Source of the DNA: the human T2T-CHM13v2.0 reference genome, Homo sapiens
Assembly (NCBI RefSeq): GCF_009914755.1
Contig: NC_060925.1
Direction: 5' to 3' (one strand)
DNA: 64,000 bases
This document shows positions 1-10,925 of the stretch, in pieces. Position 1 is the first letter of the stretch; every line of letters begins with the position of its first letter. A model generated the notes under the pieces. It was not told where the DNA came from, did no database searches, and saw only the letters and a list, made by a program, of their open reading frames with translations. Position numbers and translations under genes: made by a program.

Positions 1-940
1 AAGTACCTAAGTGAGGGTCTGGCCCAGAGTAGAGGCTGAGATTAATTTAAAAATAAGTTGGAAGGGAGCGAGTCAGAAACCTAGGAGAACAGTTAGGAAG
101 AATTGACAGGGTGCACTATTAATCTATTCTCTATAGTGCAAAGAGATTCCTCTAAAATGTGTTTCTGATGATGTCACTTCTCTTTTTAAAAACTCTAAAT
201 TAATGCATGCTTTTCTCCCTGTTTGGGTCATTCTAGCTTCCACATTAATCATAACAAAAACCCTACTCATTTTGCAGGTCTCAGCAGATGACATTTCCTC
301 TGGCAGAACTCCCCCAGTGCTGCCCACCCATCCTCATCCAGTGACCCCTTCCCCCATTAGGTCTGCATTAAGGGACATGCACACCTGTATTAGCCAGGAA
401 GCAACATAAAGAGAGAGAGATTTAGAGAGCTCCCTTATCTAACATGGACTAATTCCCATAATATGAGCTGTCTCTGTTCCTATAGTTCTCCTTTGTAGCA
501 TTGCCAAGTTTTTTTGGTAATGACTTATTCAGTGTTTGTTCTTATCTTCAACTATTGGCTACAAAACGTTCTATCTTGTTGATTGCATTAATCCTAGCAC
601 CAAGACATATGGTCCATGCTCAGTGCATGTTTGTGGAATGATTGACAGGCAAGACTTGAATCTGTCTTATTCTTCCTAATGCAGGTGCCTTTAAAACAGT
701 GCTTGGCCCATTACAGATGCTCAGCAAAAATTATTTAAACAAAAGCAAATATAGCTCCTCATAAAAATCCATAAGTTATAGCAAATAGATACCAAGGAGA
801 TGAAGACTTACTTGCCCAAGGTGCTCTGCAAGAAGGAGGCAGAAATTGAATTCTTCTGACTCCAATGCTTGTTTTCCCTTTGCACAATGCCCAGTCTTAA
901 CAAGCAGGCTGATTTAACAACAGTGGTATAGTTTAGTGAT

Positions 941-1097
941 TATCAAAGTTTAGTGTGCATATGAGACACCTGGGAGTCTTGATCAAATGCAGATGATGAG
1001 TCAGTGGGGCTGGAGTGGGGCCTGAGAGTCTGCATTTCTAACAAGCTCACGAGTGATGCCCAGGCTGCTGGTACAGCAATCATACTTTGAGTAGCAA
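941..1097. mobile_element. MER5A-like hAT-Charlie DNA transposon fragment
   Basis: Motifs aaatgcagat...ggagtggggcctgagagtctgcatttctaacaagctc...tgatgc...atactttgagtagcaa match MER5A as I recall it. Confidence 0.75.
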
Positions 1098-1408
1098 AGA
1101 TGATGATGGCCCACAGGTTAATTTTCCTTTTGTATATACCTATAGCTTCAAAACAGAAACAAGAATAACATTAACCAGTATAAAGGCTTCTTCTTACAAA
1201 GGAAGGAATAGTCAAGCAAAATTGGTTATCTAAATGGATCAAATTTCACAGATAATTGTTCAGCTCTATTCTTCCTTCTGGGAGGAGAGGGTCTATAACT
1301 CTGAAACCAGGTCCCTACTTTTGTTTTAAGAAGTTGAAAACAACACAACTTCAGGTAAAATAAACTCTACATTTTGTAATGATTTCATATGTAATGGTTC
1401 AGTTACAT

Positions 1409-1821
1409 TGTCTTAGTATGGGTTCTCTGGGAAATAGACTTTGAGATAGAGATGTGCCTGTAGCAGGTTTGCTGGGGAATGAAGGAAGCAAGATGGATCC
1501 AGGGAGAACTAGACCTGCAGTGCAACTGCCGCGGAGCTTTGGCTGACCCTACGGGGAACTCTGAAACAGAAACGGCTCTCAGAGTTGTCCCAAATCAAGG
1601 CAAGCACACTGTGTCATTATACCCTTACACTGACCAGTGATTGGGTGCAGACTGACACCTCCAGGAGGAGAATAACTTGGATGGGCCACTTTGACCAATG
1701 GCGGTTCACAGAGAATGGCCTGGGCTGTGAGCCAGTCAGCAGCCCTTATTCCCAGAAGCTGGGGAAATAAGAAACTCAGTATTGGCAGGTCATCTGAATG
1801 GGCTCCACAGCATCTACCACA
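1409..1821 (-). mobile_element. Old ERVL/MaLR-class solo LTR (LTR16/LTR33-like)
   Basis: Starts tgtcttagtatgggttctctgggaaatagactttgaga and ends cagcatctaccaca; TG...CA termini. Confidence 0.5.
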
Positions 1822-3177
1822 CATTGTTCCTAGCACTTAGACAATTCTAAAAATATCTTCTGCACTATCTCTGAGTTTTGTAAACATCAGCTCTGTAGCT
1901 TCTCTGGAGAAACAGGCTTTTAGATGCTGGAAGGCATTAGAAAGTAATGGGGGCAGGGAGAATGAATTAGAAAGGACAGCAGTTTTCTACTACCTAGACC
2001 TGTGAGTGATCGTACCCAGGGCCTTCTGAAATAATTACAAATGCAAAGATTTCATTCAACGCACAACATGTCCATTGGATCCATCCACTTATCTGCTCTT
2101 TATATTTTTCTAGCTGTATCTTTCTCAGTTTCTCTGTCATAAAATGTGAGATTTCAAACAGATGATCTATAAAATCCCAAGCAGTTTTAATAAAATTCTG
2201 ATGATATAACTCTTTCTCCTTCTAAATCCCTGCCCTTATCAAATAGCTCAGAGAACAGAAACTTGGCTTAACCCAAATATGTTTTTTGCCCACAAACATC
2301 TATTCCAAGAATCAAGAAATACCTAACAGGGACAAAGAAAAAGAAGAACTGGAATTAATATAGATCTTTTTATATAATAAATCTCTTAAAAATTAAAAAA
2401 TTAAGTGAAAGAATAATTTTATAGAAAATCTGGAATATAGAGAAAAGAATAAAAGCACAACTATCTTAACAAATATGTAATATTCAATTGTATTTCTATT
2501 TTCTACTTTTTATATATAATTATAATCACATAGTTATACAAGTTTGCATCCTATTCTTTTCATTTAACATTGAATATCCAAAGCATTCCCACATGTATTG
2601 AATGACCTTTGTAATATTTCAATATTTTTATACTATGTCACACAGAGAATAAATTGGAATTTACTTAATACTTCTAATTTAGAAGATTTCTATAATTTTT
2701 TTTGTTTGTTTAACAAACAGAGATTTGTCCTTAACTTTTTTCTAAAATTTGGATCGTGTTTTAGGGTAGAATCTCAGAAATGGAAGATAAAGCAGGTTTC
2801 AAGGTCAAGGGAAAGCAATTGAGATGATCACAGAAACAGGAAGGACAAAGCCTGGAAAGATATTGTTTTATCAACAAGACCGCCTTGTTCTCTACATCTA
2901 TTTGAGGATGACATTTATTAATGACAAAGACTATGACCTGATTCTTTTAGAAGGTCCAAGATTGGCAGTAAACATCATAAAAAAATTAAAAGAGGAAAAA
3001 AAAGGAAGAAAAGGAGGAGGGAAGAAAAGAGTACAAAAGAATGACTAAACCTGAATTATTTTTATACATTTGTAGGTCTGACAAATTGATCTTCTATTTT
3101 CCTCTGTAAATGGCACTTACCTAATTGGGGAGAACACAATCAAGCAATATTGCTTTACACTCTATTTTTTGTGTGTA

Positions 3178-3569
3178 TGTGTGAGCAACATGGCTGTTTA
3201 TTTCACCTGGGTGCAGGCGGGCTGAGTCCGAAAAGAGTCAGCGAAGGGAGATAGGGGTGAGGCCGTTTTATAGGATTTGGGAAGGTAATGGAAAATTACA
3301 GTCAAAGGGGGTTGTTCTCTGGTGGGCAGGGGTGGGGGTCACAAGGTGCTCAGTGGGGGAGCTTCTGAGCCAGGAGAAGGGAATTCACAGGGTTAATCAC
3401 TCAGTTAAGGTGGGGCAGGAACAAATCACAATGGTGGAATGTCATCAGTTAAGGCGGGGCAGGGCCTTTTCACTTCTTTTGTGATTCTTCAGTTACTTCA
3501 GGCCATCTGGGCGTATACGTGCAAGTCACAGGGGATGTGATGGCTTGCCTTGGGCTCAGAGGCCTGACA
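3178..3569 (-). promoter_or_regulatory. 3' LTR7, U3+R only (U5 absent)
   Basis: Minus strand begins TGTCAGGCCTCTGAGCCCAAG at 3569; TATAAAA at 3266-3272; AATAAA at 3197-3202; stops at ...GCTCACACA without the AAGCCTGTTTGG U5 seen in the other copy. Confidence 0.92.
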
Positions 3570-3584
3570 TTCCTGTCTTCTTAT
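3570..3584 (-). other. HERV-H polypurine tract
   Basis: Minus strand TATAAGAAGACAGGAA abuts the TG of the 3' LTR. Confidence 0.8.
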
Positions 3585-3599
3585 ATTAATAAGAAAAAT

Positions 3600-6110
3600 A
3601 AAACAAAATAGTGTTGAAGTATTGGGGCGGCGAAAATTTTTGGGGGTGGTATGGAGAGAGAATGGGCGATGTTTCTCAGGGCTGCTTCAAGCGGGATTAG
3701 GGGCGGCGTGGGAACTTAGAGTGGGAGAGATTAAGCTGAAGGAAGATCTTGTGGAAAGGGGTGATATTGTGGGGTTGTTAGAAGAAACATTTGTCGTATA
3801 GAATGATTGGTGATGGCCTGGATACGGTTTTGTATGAACTGAAAAACGAAATGGAATAAGAGAAGGAGAAAACCAGGTATAAAAGGTCTAAGAATTGGGA
3901 GGACCTAGGACATCTGATTAGAGAGTGCCTAAGGAGATTCAGCATAGTCCTGCCAGCCAAGATTATTTATTTACTTTAAGAGCTTAGAGTGGCAGTTTGG
4001 GGATAGCACCAAGAGACATCAGCTGTGATGGCTTGGAGAAACAGTGTAAACCGGCAGTGTAAACAAGAGCAGGGCATGTGTGAGTAGATGAGAACGGTGA
4101 ATAGGAGTATGACTAGACAGAAGATAGTAGGGATGACAAGTTTTCTTGGGGGCACAGTCTAAGTTGGTCTGGTGTCTGGAATGAGACTGGGGCCTAATAA
4201 AAAGGAGTGTCTATACAGTAGCTCAAATGGGCTGTACCCTGTAGCATTCCGAGGACAGGCCTGAATTCCGAGAAGGGAAAGTGGTAAAAGTATTGTCCAG
4301 TCCTTTTTAAGTTGGTAGCTGAGCTTGGTGAGGTATGTTTTTAAAAGACCTTTAGTCCATTCTACTTTTCTTGAAGACGGAGGACCGTAAGGGATATAAA
4401 AGTTTCACTGAATACTAAGAGCCTGAAAAACTGCTTGGCTGATTTGACTAATAAAGGCTGGTCTGTTATCAGCCTGTATAGAGGTGGGAAGGCTAAACTG
4501 AGGAATTATGTCTGACAGAAGGGAAGAAATGACTGTGGTGGCCTTCTCAGACCCTGTAGGAAAGGCCTTTACTTATTCAGTGAAAGTGCCTATCTAGACT
4601 AAGAGGTATTTTAGTTTCCTGACTCGGGACATGTTGAGTAAAGCTAATTTGCCAGTCCTAGGTTGGGGCAAATCCTCGAGCTTGATGTGTAGGGAAGGGA
4701 GGGGGCCTGAATAATCCCAGAGGAGTAGTAGAATAGCAGATGGAACACTGAGAAGTTATTTCCTGGAGGATAGATTTCCACAATGGAAAGGAAATGAGAG
4801 GTTCTGAGAGGCGGGCTAGTGGCTTGTACTATAGCATAGCCTGCCTTTGCTGGTGTATGGCAATTAGGCCAGTGGAACTGCCATCAATAAATCAAGCGTG
4901 ATCAGGGTGAGGAACAGGAAAGAAGGAAATATGGGGAAATGGGGTGAATGTCAGGTGGATCAGAGAGATACAGTCATGGGGGTCAGGTGTGGTATCAGGA
5001 ATAATGTGGGAGGCCAGATTGAAGTCCGGGCCAGGAACAATGGTAACTGTGGGACTTAAAGAGTGAGTACAGCTGAAGGAGCCGGGGAGCAGAAAGTATA
5101 TGCGTCAGGTATGAGGAAGAAAATAGATTTTGGAAGTTATGAGAAATGTAGAGAGTGAGTTGAGCATAGTTTGTGATTTTTAGGGCCTCTAACAGTATTA
5201 AAGCAGCGGCAGCCGCTGTACACAGACATGAGGGCTAGGCTAAAACAGTAAGGTCAAGTTGTTTGGACAGAAAGGCTACAGGGTGTGGTCCTGGCTCTTC
5301 TGTAAGAATTCTGACCACGCTAACCATGCCTAGGAAGGAAAGGAGTTGTTGTTTTGTAGAAGGTGCTGGGGTTTGAGAGATCAGTCGGACACGATTGGCA
5401 GGGAGAGCACGTGTGTTTTTATGAGACTTATGCCGAGATAGGTAACAGATGAGGAAGAATTTGGGCTTGATTGAAGTAATAGGGGCTGTCTGTGAAGCTT
5501 TGCAGCCGTACAGCCTAGGTAATTTGCTGAGCTTAATGGGTGTCAGGGTCAGTCCAAGTGAAAGCGAAGAGAGGCTGGGATTAAGGGTGCAAAGGAATAG
5601 TAAAGAAAGCACGTTTGAGATCTAGAACAGAATAATGGGTTATAGAGGCAGGTATTGAGGATAGGAGAGTGTATGGGTTTGGCACCACAGGGTGGATAGG
5701 CAAAACAATTTGGTTGATAAGGCACAGATCCTGAACTAACTTGTAAGGCTTGTCTGGTTTTAGGACAGGTATAATGGGGGAATTGTAAGGAGAGTTTATA
5801 GGCTTAAAAAGGCCATGCTATAGCAGGCGAGTGATAACAGGCTTTAATGTTTTTAAAGCGTGCTGCGGGATGGGATATTGAGTGGGGTAAGGGTGATTAA
5901 GTTTTAATGAGATGGTAAGGGGTGCATGATCGGTCACCAAGGAGGGAGTAGAGGTATCTTATACTTGTGGGTTAAGGTAGGGGGGATACAAGAGGAGGAC
6001 GCAAAGGAGGCTTTGGATTGGGAAGAAGGGCGGCAATGAGATATAGCTGTAGTCCAGGACTAGTCAGGGAAGCAGATAATTTAGTTAAAGTGTCTCGGCC
6101 TAATAAGGGA
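3600..6110 (-). pseudogene. Deleted, disrupted HERV-H pol with small env remnant
   Basis: RT-thumb-like peptide TPAPSTKQQLLSFLGMV and PVAFLSKQLDLTVL in ORF 5235-5612; many stops; far shorter than an intact pol+env, as in the common deleted HERV-H form. Internal boundaries are approximate. Confidence 0.75.
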
Positions 6111-6129
6111 ACTGGGCAGGTGGGGATAA

Positions 6130-6340
6130 CTAAAAGGAGTGCTTAAAAGAGTATTGTCTAAGTTGGCACCAGAGTTGGGGAGTTTTAAGAGGTTTAGAAG
6201 CCTGGCCGTCAATACCCACAACAGTTATGGAGGCAAGGGAAACAGGACCTTGAAAAGAAGGTAATGTGGAGTGGGTAGCCTCCGTATTGATTAAGAAGGG
6301 GACGGGCTTACCTTCCACTGTGAGAGTTACCGGAAGCTCG
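6130..6340 (-). pseudogene. HERV-H protease remnant, catalytic motif lost
   Basis: EGKPVPFLINTEATHSTL: expected LIDTGA reads LINTEA; flap-like VVGIDG follows. Confidence 0.85.
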
Positions 6341-6498
6341 GCATCCGTGATGGTCTACGGGGCTTCCGAGGCGATCGGGCAGCATCAGTCTTTAGCCGCT
6401 AAGCCGAGAAGATCTGGGAAGGAGTCAGTCAGAGAGCCTTGGGCCAGAGTTCCAGGGGCTCTGGGAGTGGCTGCCAGGTGAGTTGAACAGTCCGATTT

Positions 6499-7480
6499 TC
6501 AGTGGGGTCCCACACAGATGGGACGTGGCTTAGGAGGAATCCTGGGCTGCGGGCATTCCTTGGCCCAGTAGCCAGATTTCCGGCATGTGTAGCAAGCTCC
6601 TGTGGGAGGAGGTTCTGGAGGAACTCCTGGCCGCTGCGGTTCAGGCGTTTGGAAGTTCTTGTGTGCTGGAGATGTGGCTGGGGTTTGTCTCACAGTGGAG
6701 GCAAGGAATTGCAATTTTTTCTGTTATTGTACACCTTGAAGGTGAGGTTAATTAAATCCTGTTGTGGGGTTTGAGGGCCAGATTCCAATTTTTGGAGTTT
6801 AATGTCGGGAGCAGATTGGGTAATAAAATGTATATTGAGAATAAGACGGCCTTTTGACCTTTTAGGGTCTAGGGCTGTAAAGCATCTCAGGATTGCTGCC
6901 AAACGAGCCATGAACTGGGCTGGATTTTTATATTTGATGAAAAAGCCTAAATGCTATCTGATTTGGGATAAAGAAAAAGGAGCATTAACCTTGACTATGC
7001 CTTTGGCTTTTTAAGAGTAAATTGCTGGGACAGGTTGGGGAGGGCTAGTCATGGAACAAAACTGCAAGCCGGACCAGGTGTGAGGAGGGGAGGTGAAAAA
7101 GAGATTATAGGGTGGAGGAGCAGAGGCTGAGGAAGAACTGGGACCTAGCTCGGCCTGGCGAGGAGCAGCCTGGGGAGGAAGGGAGAGGTCAGATGGGTCT
7201 GTAGAAAAGGAAGATTAGAAAGACTCAGCGACGCTTGGGGTTGGTACTGAGGGGACAGGCGGGAGGGAAAGAAGGAAGATTTGGGACGAGTTGCACTGGG
7301 CACAGAGACTAGGAAGGGACTGATGTGTAAAAGAATGCCTGGATGTCAGACACCTCAGACCCTTTGCCTATTTTACGACAAGAATTATTTAGATCTTGCA
7401 GGATGGAAAAATTCAAAGTGCCATTTTCTGGCTATTTGGAACTACTGTCGAGTTTGTATTGGGGTCAAGCGGCATTGCAG
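6499..7480 (-). pseudogene. HERV-H gag remnant (CA/NC)
   Basis: HFITQSAPDIKLQKLESGPQTPQQDLINLTFKVYNNR (capsid C-term) and zinc knuckle CYTCRKSGYWAKEC (CCHC with His changed to Tyr); frameshifted. Confidence 0.85.
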
Positions 7481-8324
7481 AAGAAAATAAGGCATTTAGG
7501 TTTTAGGTCAGGTGTGAGTTGAAGAGGTTTTAAGTTCTTAAGAATATAGGCTAAGGGAGAAGAAGGAGGAATGGAAGGTGGAAGCTTGCCCATAGTGAAG
7601 GAGGCAAGCCCAGACAAAAGAGTAGAGACACGGAGAAGGGGTTGGGGGTTCTTGCCCTCCAGAAAAGCAGAGAAGGGGTTGGGGCATGGAAATAAGGGAT
7701 TGGGGCACAGAGATAAGAGGTTGGGGTGTGGAAATAAGCGATTGGGGGGTTCTTGCCCCCTAGGAAAGCGGGACTTGCTGCTAAGGGTGAAGGAGAAGGG
7801 GTTGAGGGGTACTTGCCCCTGCCCCAGGAAAGCAGAGAAGGGGTAGAGACAAGGAGAGAAGGGGTTGAGGTACTTGCCCCTTCCCCAGAAAAGCGGGACT
7901 TGCCACTAAGGGTGAAGGAACAAGGCAGGCGTCCCTGCGTGGTCTGACACCCTTGAAACGTGGGTGTATAATCAGAGAGGCGTCCCTGCAATGATTAAAC
8001 ACGAAGGGAAGGCTGCCTTCCCAGTCCGTGACCGGCGCCGGAGTTTTGGGTCCACGGATAAAACGTGTCTCCTTTGTCTCTCCCAGAAAATGAAAGAAAT
8101 TGAAATTAAGAGAAGGGAGAGATTGAAGAGTGGAAAGGATAAAGTGGTTGAGGGACAGTGAGAGAGGTTGGAGAAGAGAGTAAGAAGAGGCCACTTACCT
8201 GATTTAAAATTGGTGAGATGTTACTTGGGCTGGTCGGTCTGAGGACCTGAGGTCATAGGTGGATCTTTCTCACGGAGCAAAGAACAGGAGTACAGGGGAT
8301 TGATCTCATAAGGGAGGTCCTCCG

Positions 8325-8342
8325 ATCCGAGTCACGGCACCA
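8325..8342 (-). other. Primer binding site for tRNA-His
   Basis: Minus strand TGGTGCCGTGACTCGGAT just after U5, complementary to the tRNA-His 3' end. Confidence 0.95.
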
Positions 8343-8344
8343 AA

Positions 8345-8451
8345 TTTCATGTGCGTCCCTGTGAAGAGACCACCAAACAGGCTTTGTGTGAGCAACATGG
8401 CTGTTTATTTCACCTGGGTGCAGGCGGGCTGAGTCTGAAAAGAGAGTCAGC
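8345..8451 (-). mobile_element. 5' LTR7, R+U5 only (U3 promoter absent)
   Basis: Starts GCTGACTCTCTTTTC, which lies 23 nt after TATAAAA in the other LTR; ends GCACATGAAA. Confidence 0.93.
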
Positions 8452-10439
8452 CTACACTCTATTTTTGCAAAAGTCTTTGTGTGATGAACAAAAAGGTTGA
8501 TTATGGAAGTCATTTTACACCGTAGGCAGAATGTTATTATTCTAATATGTGGTTTGGAGCTGGGGTGTGAAATTCTCCTTTACTGGAGATAGAAGAGAAT
8601 GGAATGTTATTTCTCATTTGGGAACACAATTTTGGAAGAATGACCAACTTTTTAAAACAAAACCTCTTCCACTACTAAAAATCTTAAAAAATTAAAGAAA
8701 AAGAGCCAATTCTTTGATTTCCTTTTGTATTTTTCTTTTATCAAAACTTCCTCATGTTCTACTAAACTTTCTTTTTTTCAGGATGTCTATGTCTCTATTT
8801 CCCAGTTCCCCAGTTTCGTTCCCTCTTTTGCTTCTATTTGGCAAGGGTGACCAGTTAACCTTTGAAGAACAGCCTGGGAAAATTTCCAAGGTGCTTAGCC
8901 ATAGACAATTTCATAGATTCCCTCTGCCTAACTGAAAGAAATAACAGGTTAAATCTGGAGCCACTGGGTAATGTCTAATTGCTTTTTGGCATAGCTCAAC
9001 CAAGGCATAAGCACTCCTAGCTGGGTTTGGGCTTGATATTCATAGATGAACTATTTTTCTTTGTATATATTTTTAATGCAGATCAATGCAAATCAGTCCA
9101 GAGAAGTAAAATCGTTTCAGAAAAAATTATATATGTAGTGGACAATCATGGCTGCTCGTAATCATTCAACCATTGATTCTGTCACATCATTGGTTTTAGA
9201 GGGACAGTAGGCTTAGGTGGGCTAAGAAAAGCAGGGAATGATTGTGAGTTTTTCAGCAGCTGCAGATAACTTTCTTTGTGTAGAGCACTTAATCTCTTAG
9301 AGTTTCAGTTTACAGCTCTGTAAAAATTAGTAGAGCGCAGCAATACTAACTGACCTCTGAAGTGATTTGGTGAAATACTATTAAAATTATGGAAAGTAAA
9401 TATCAAATGCTAGACAAACATTTAAGAATAACCCTTTTCTCTTTAATGGTTTCAAGTCCTGAGCTTTTCTCTACTTCCTGAATGATCTTTTTCCTTCTCT
9501 GCATCATCCTTTGTATATAATGTACAGTGCCTCAGCAAGGCTAGCTGAATGTTTGTGTTGTAGATAAATGCTCCTTTTCAATACTCTGAGCCTGCATCCT
9601 ATAACATGCCTGTGAATGATCTAATTCACTGGTACACAACTCTCAGGAGTATATGTTTTCAACAGAGTGAGTAGTACAGGCACAACGACCTACAGACCTT
9701 ACTCCCTGTATGAATAAACATAGAAAAAATACTTGATTCTGGTAATAGCACATTTTAAGTCATTTGGATTCTAGAAAATGCTTATTTCTGAAGCTTTACT
9801 TATTCATCCAACAATTATATATAAATTTAATGTTTGTATTCCTTCCTTTTTAGTTTTGGGAATTAATAGAGTATTAAAGAAGGGAAGTAAGTTCTATATT
9901 CTTAGTTGGAAGACTTGTATATAAGTAAACAAATTATACAATAATGTCAAAAAATCCATAAATGCTTTATAGATAGCAAAATAGGGTTGCATGAGACCCC
10001 ATGAAAAGGATAGCTACTTAGATTGAGTGGCCAAGGAAGGCTTTCTGAGTGGTAGCAGTTGCTTAAGAGCTGAATGATAAAAAAATATAAACCATCAGAT
10101 GAAACATTTCCATCTGCTGCCACCACCATGTCTCTCCACCTCGGGAACTCTGTCCTCTTCCTTGTTGCTATTGATGATCTCTCCCTGTGTGTCTCCCTCC
10201 CTTGTCAACTGGATTCTAGCTTCTTGTCCCCACTCAAGGGAATCACACAATTATTTCCTTGCTTTTCTGCAAAAACAAATATTCACTTTCTAATAGTCCA
10301 TTCTTATTGAGACCTAAGCATAATTGTAATTTTTCTTCTATCTTGAAAAATATTCTGACTCTACATCCCTTTCCTATTACAATCTCAATTATCCACTTTT
10401 TTAAATTGAACATTCCTTGAAAATTTTCCTTTTTGTCTC

Positions 10440-10925
10440 TATAGTCTGTTTGGGAGCCACTCCAATTATGCTTTAACCCTCAGCACTCATTGAAGCAGCT
10501 CTTATCAAGGTCACTGATAACCACAATGTTGATAAGGATGGTGCTCATTTATCTAAACCTGACCTATCAGTAGCAGTTAACAGAGTGGATCACCCTCCTT
10601 GAAACACCTGCTTCAACCTAAACTAAGGACACCATGCTGTGGAGATTCGTGCCCACCTCACTGCCTGCTCCTTCTCCTGTCCTTGGATCCCTTGCTCTCA
10701 TTTTCTCCACATGTTGGAGTTACCTGTGGCTCAGCTCGCACCCTTACTCTTCTCCATTTATATTCACCACTTAGGTAATTTCATGGATTTAAATTCCATC
10801 TCTATATTGGTGGCTTCCTAACCTATCTCCCCAGCCTGAAGGCCTAGGCTCTTTTATCCAAATGGTTGCCTGATACGTCCAAAGGCAAGTCTAAGAGTAT
10901 CTCAACTTAGCATATCCCAAAAAAT
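10440..10925. mobile_element. L2 LINE fragment
   Basis: gctcttatcaaggtcact, cttgacctatcagtagcagttaaca and ctcaacttagcatatcccaa resemble L2 motifs. Confidence 0.6.

Larger units (their letters stand above)
3170..8452 (-). mobile_element. HERV-H (LTR7) copy with processed-pseudogene structure (R-U5-internal-U3-R-polyA)
   Basis: LTR7 sequence at both ends, tRNA-His PBS, PPT, gag/pro/pol/env remnants; flanked by 14-bp direct repeat tacactctattttt (3156-3169, 8453-8466). Confidence 0.95.

Noticed and set aside
7620-7925. Repeated agaaggggttg / cttgcccc units resembling a spaced array
   Set aside because: Tandem repeats of the HERV-H leader region; not CRISPR-like.
3170-8452. Interpretation as an intact or coding HERV-H provirus
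   Set aside because: LTRs incomplete, protease and NC motifs mutated, ORFs broken, pol/env largely deleted.
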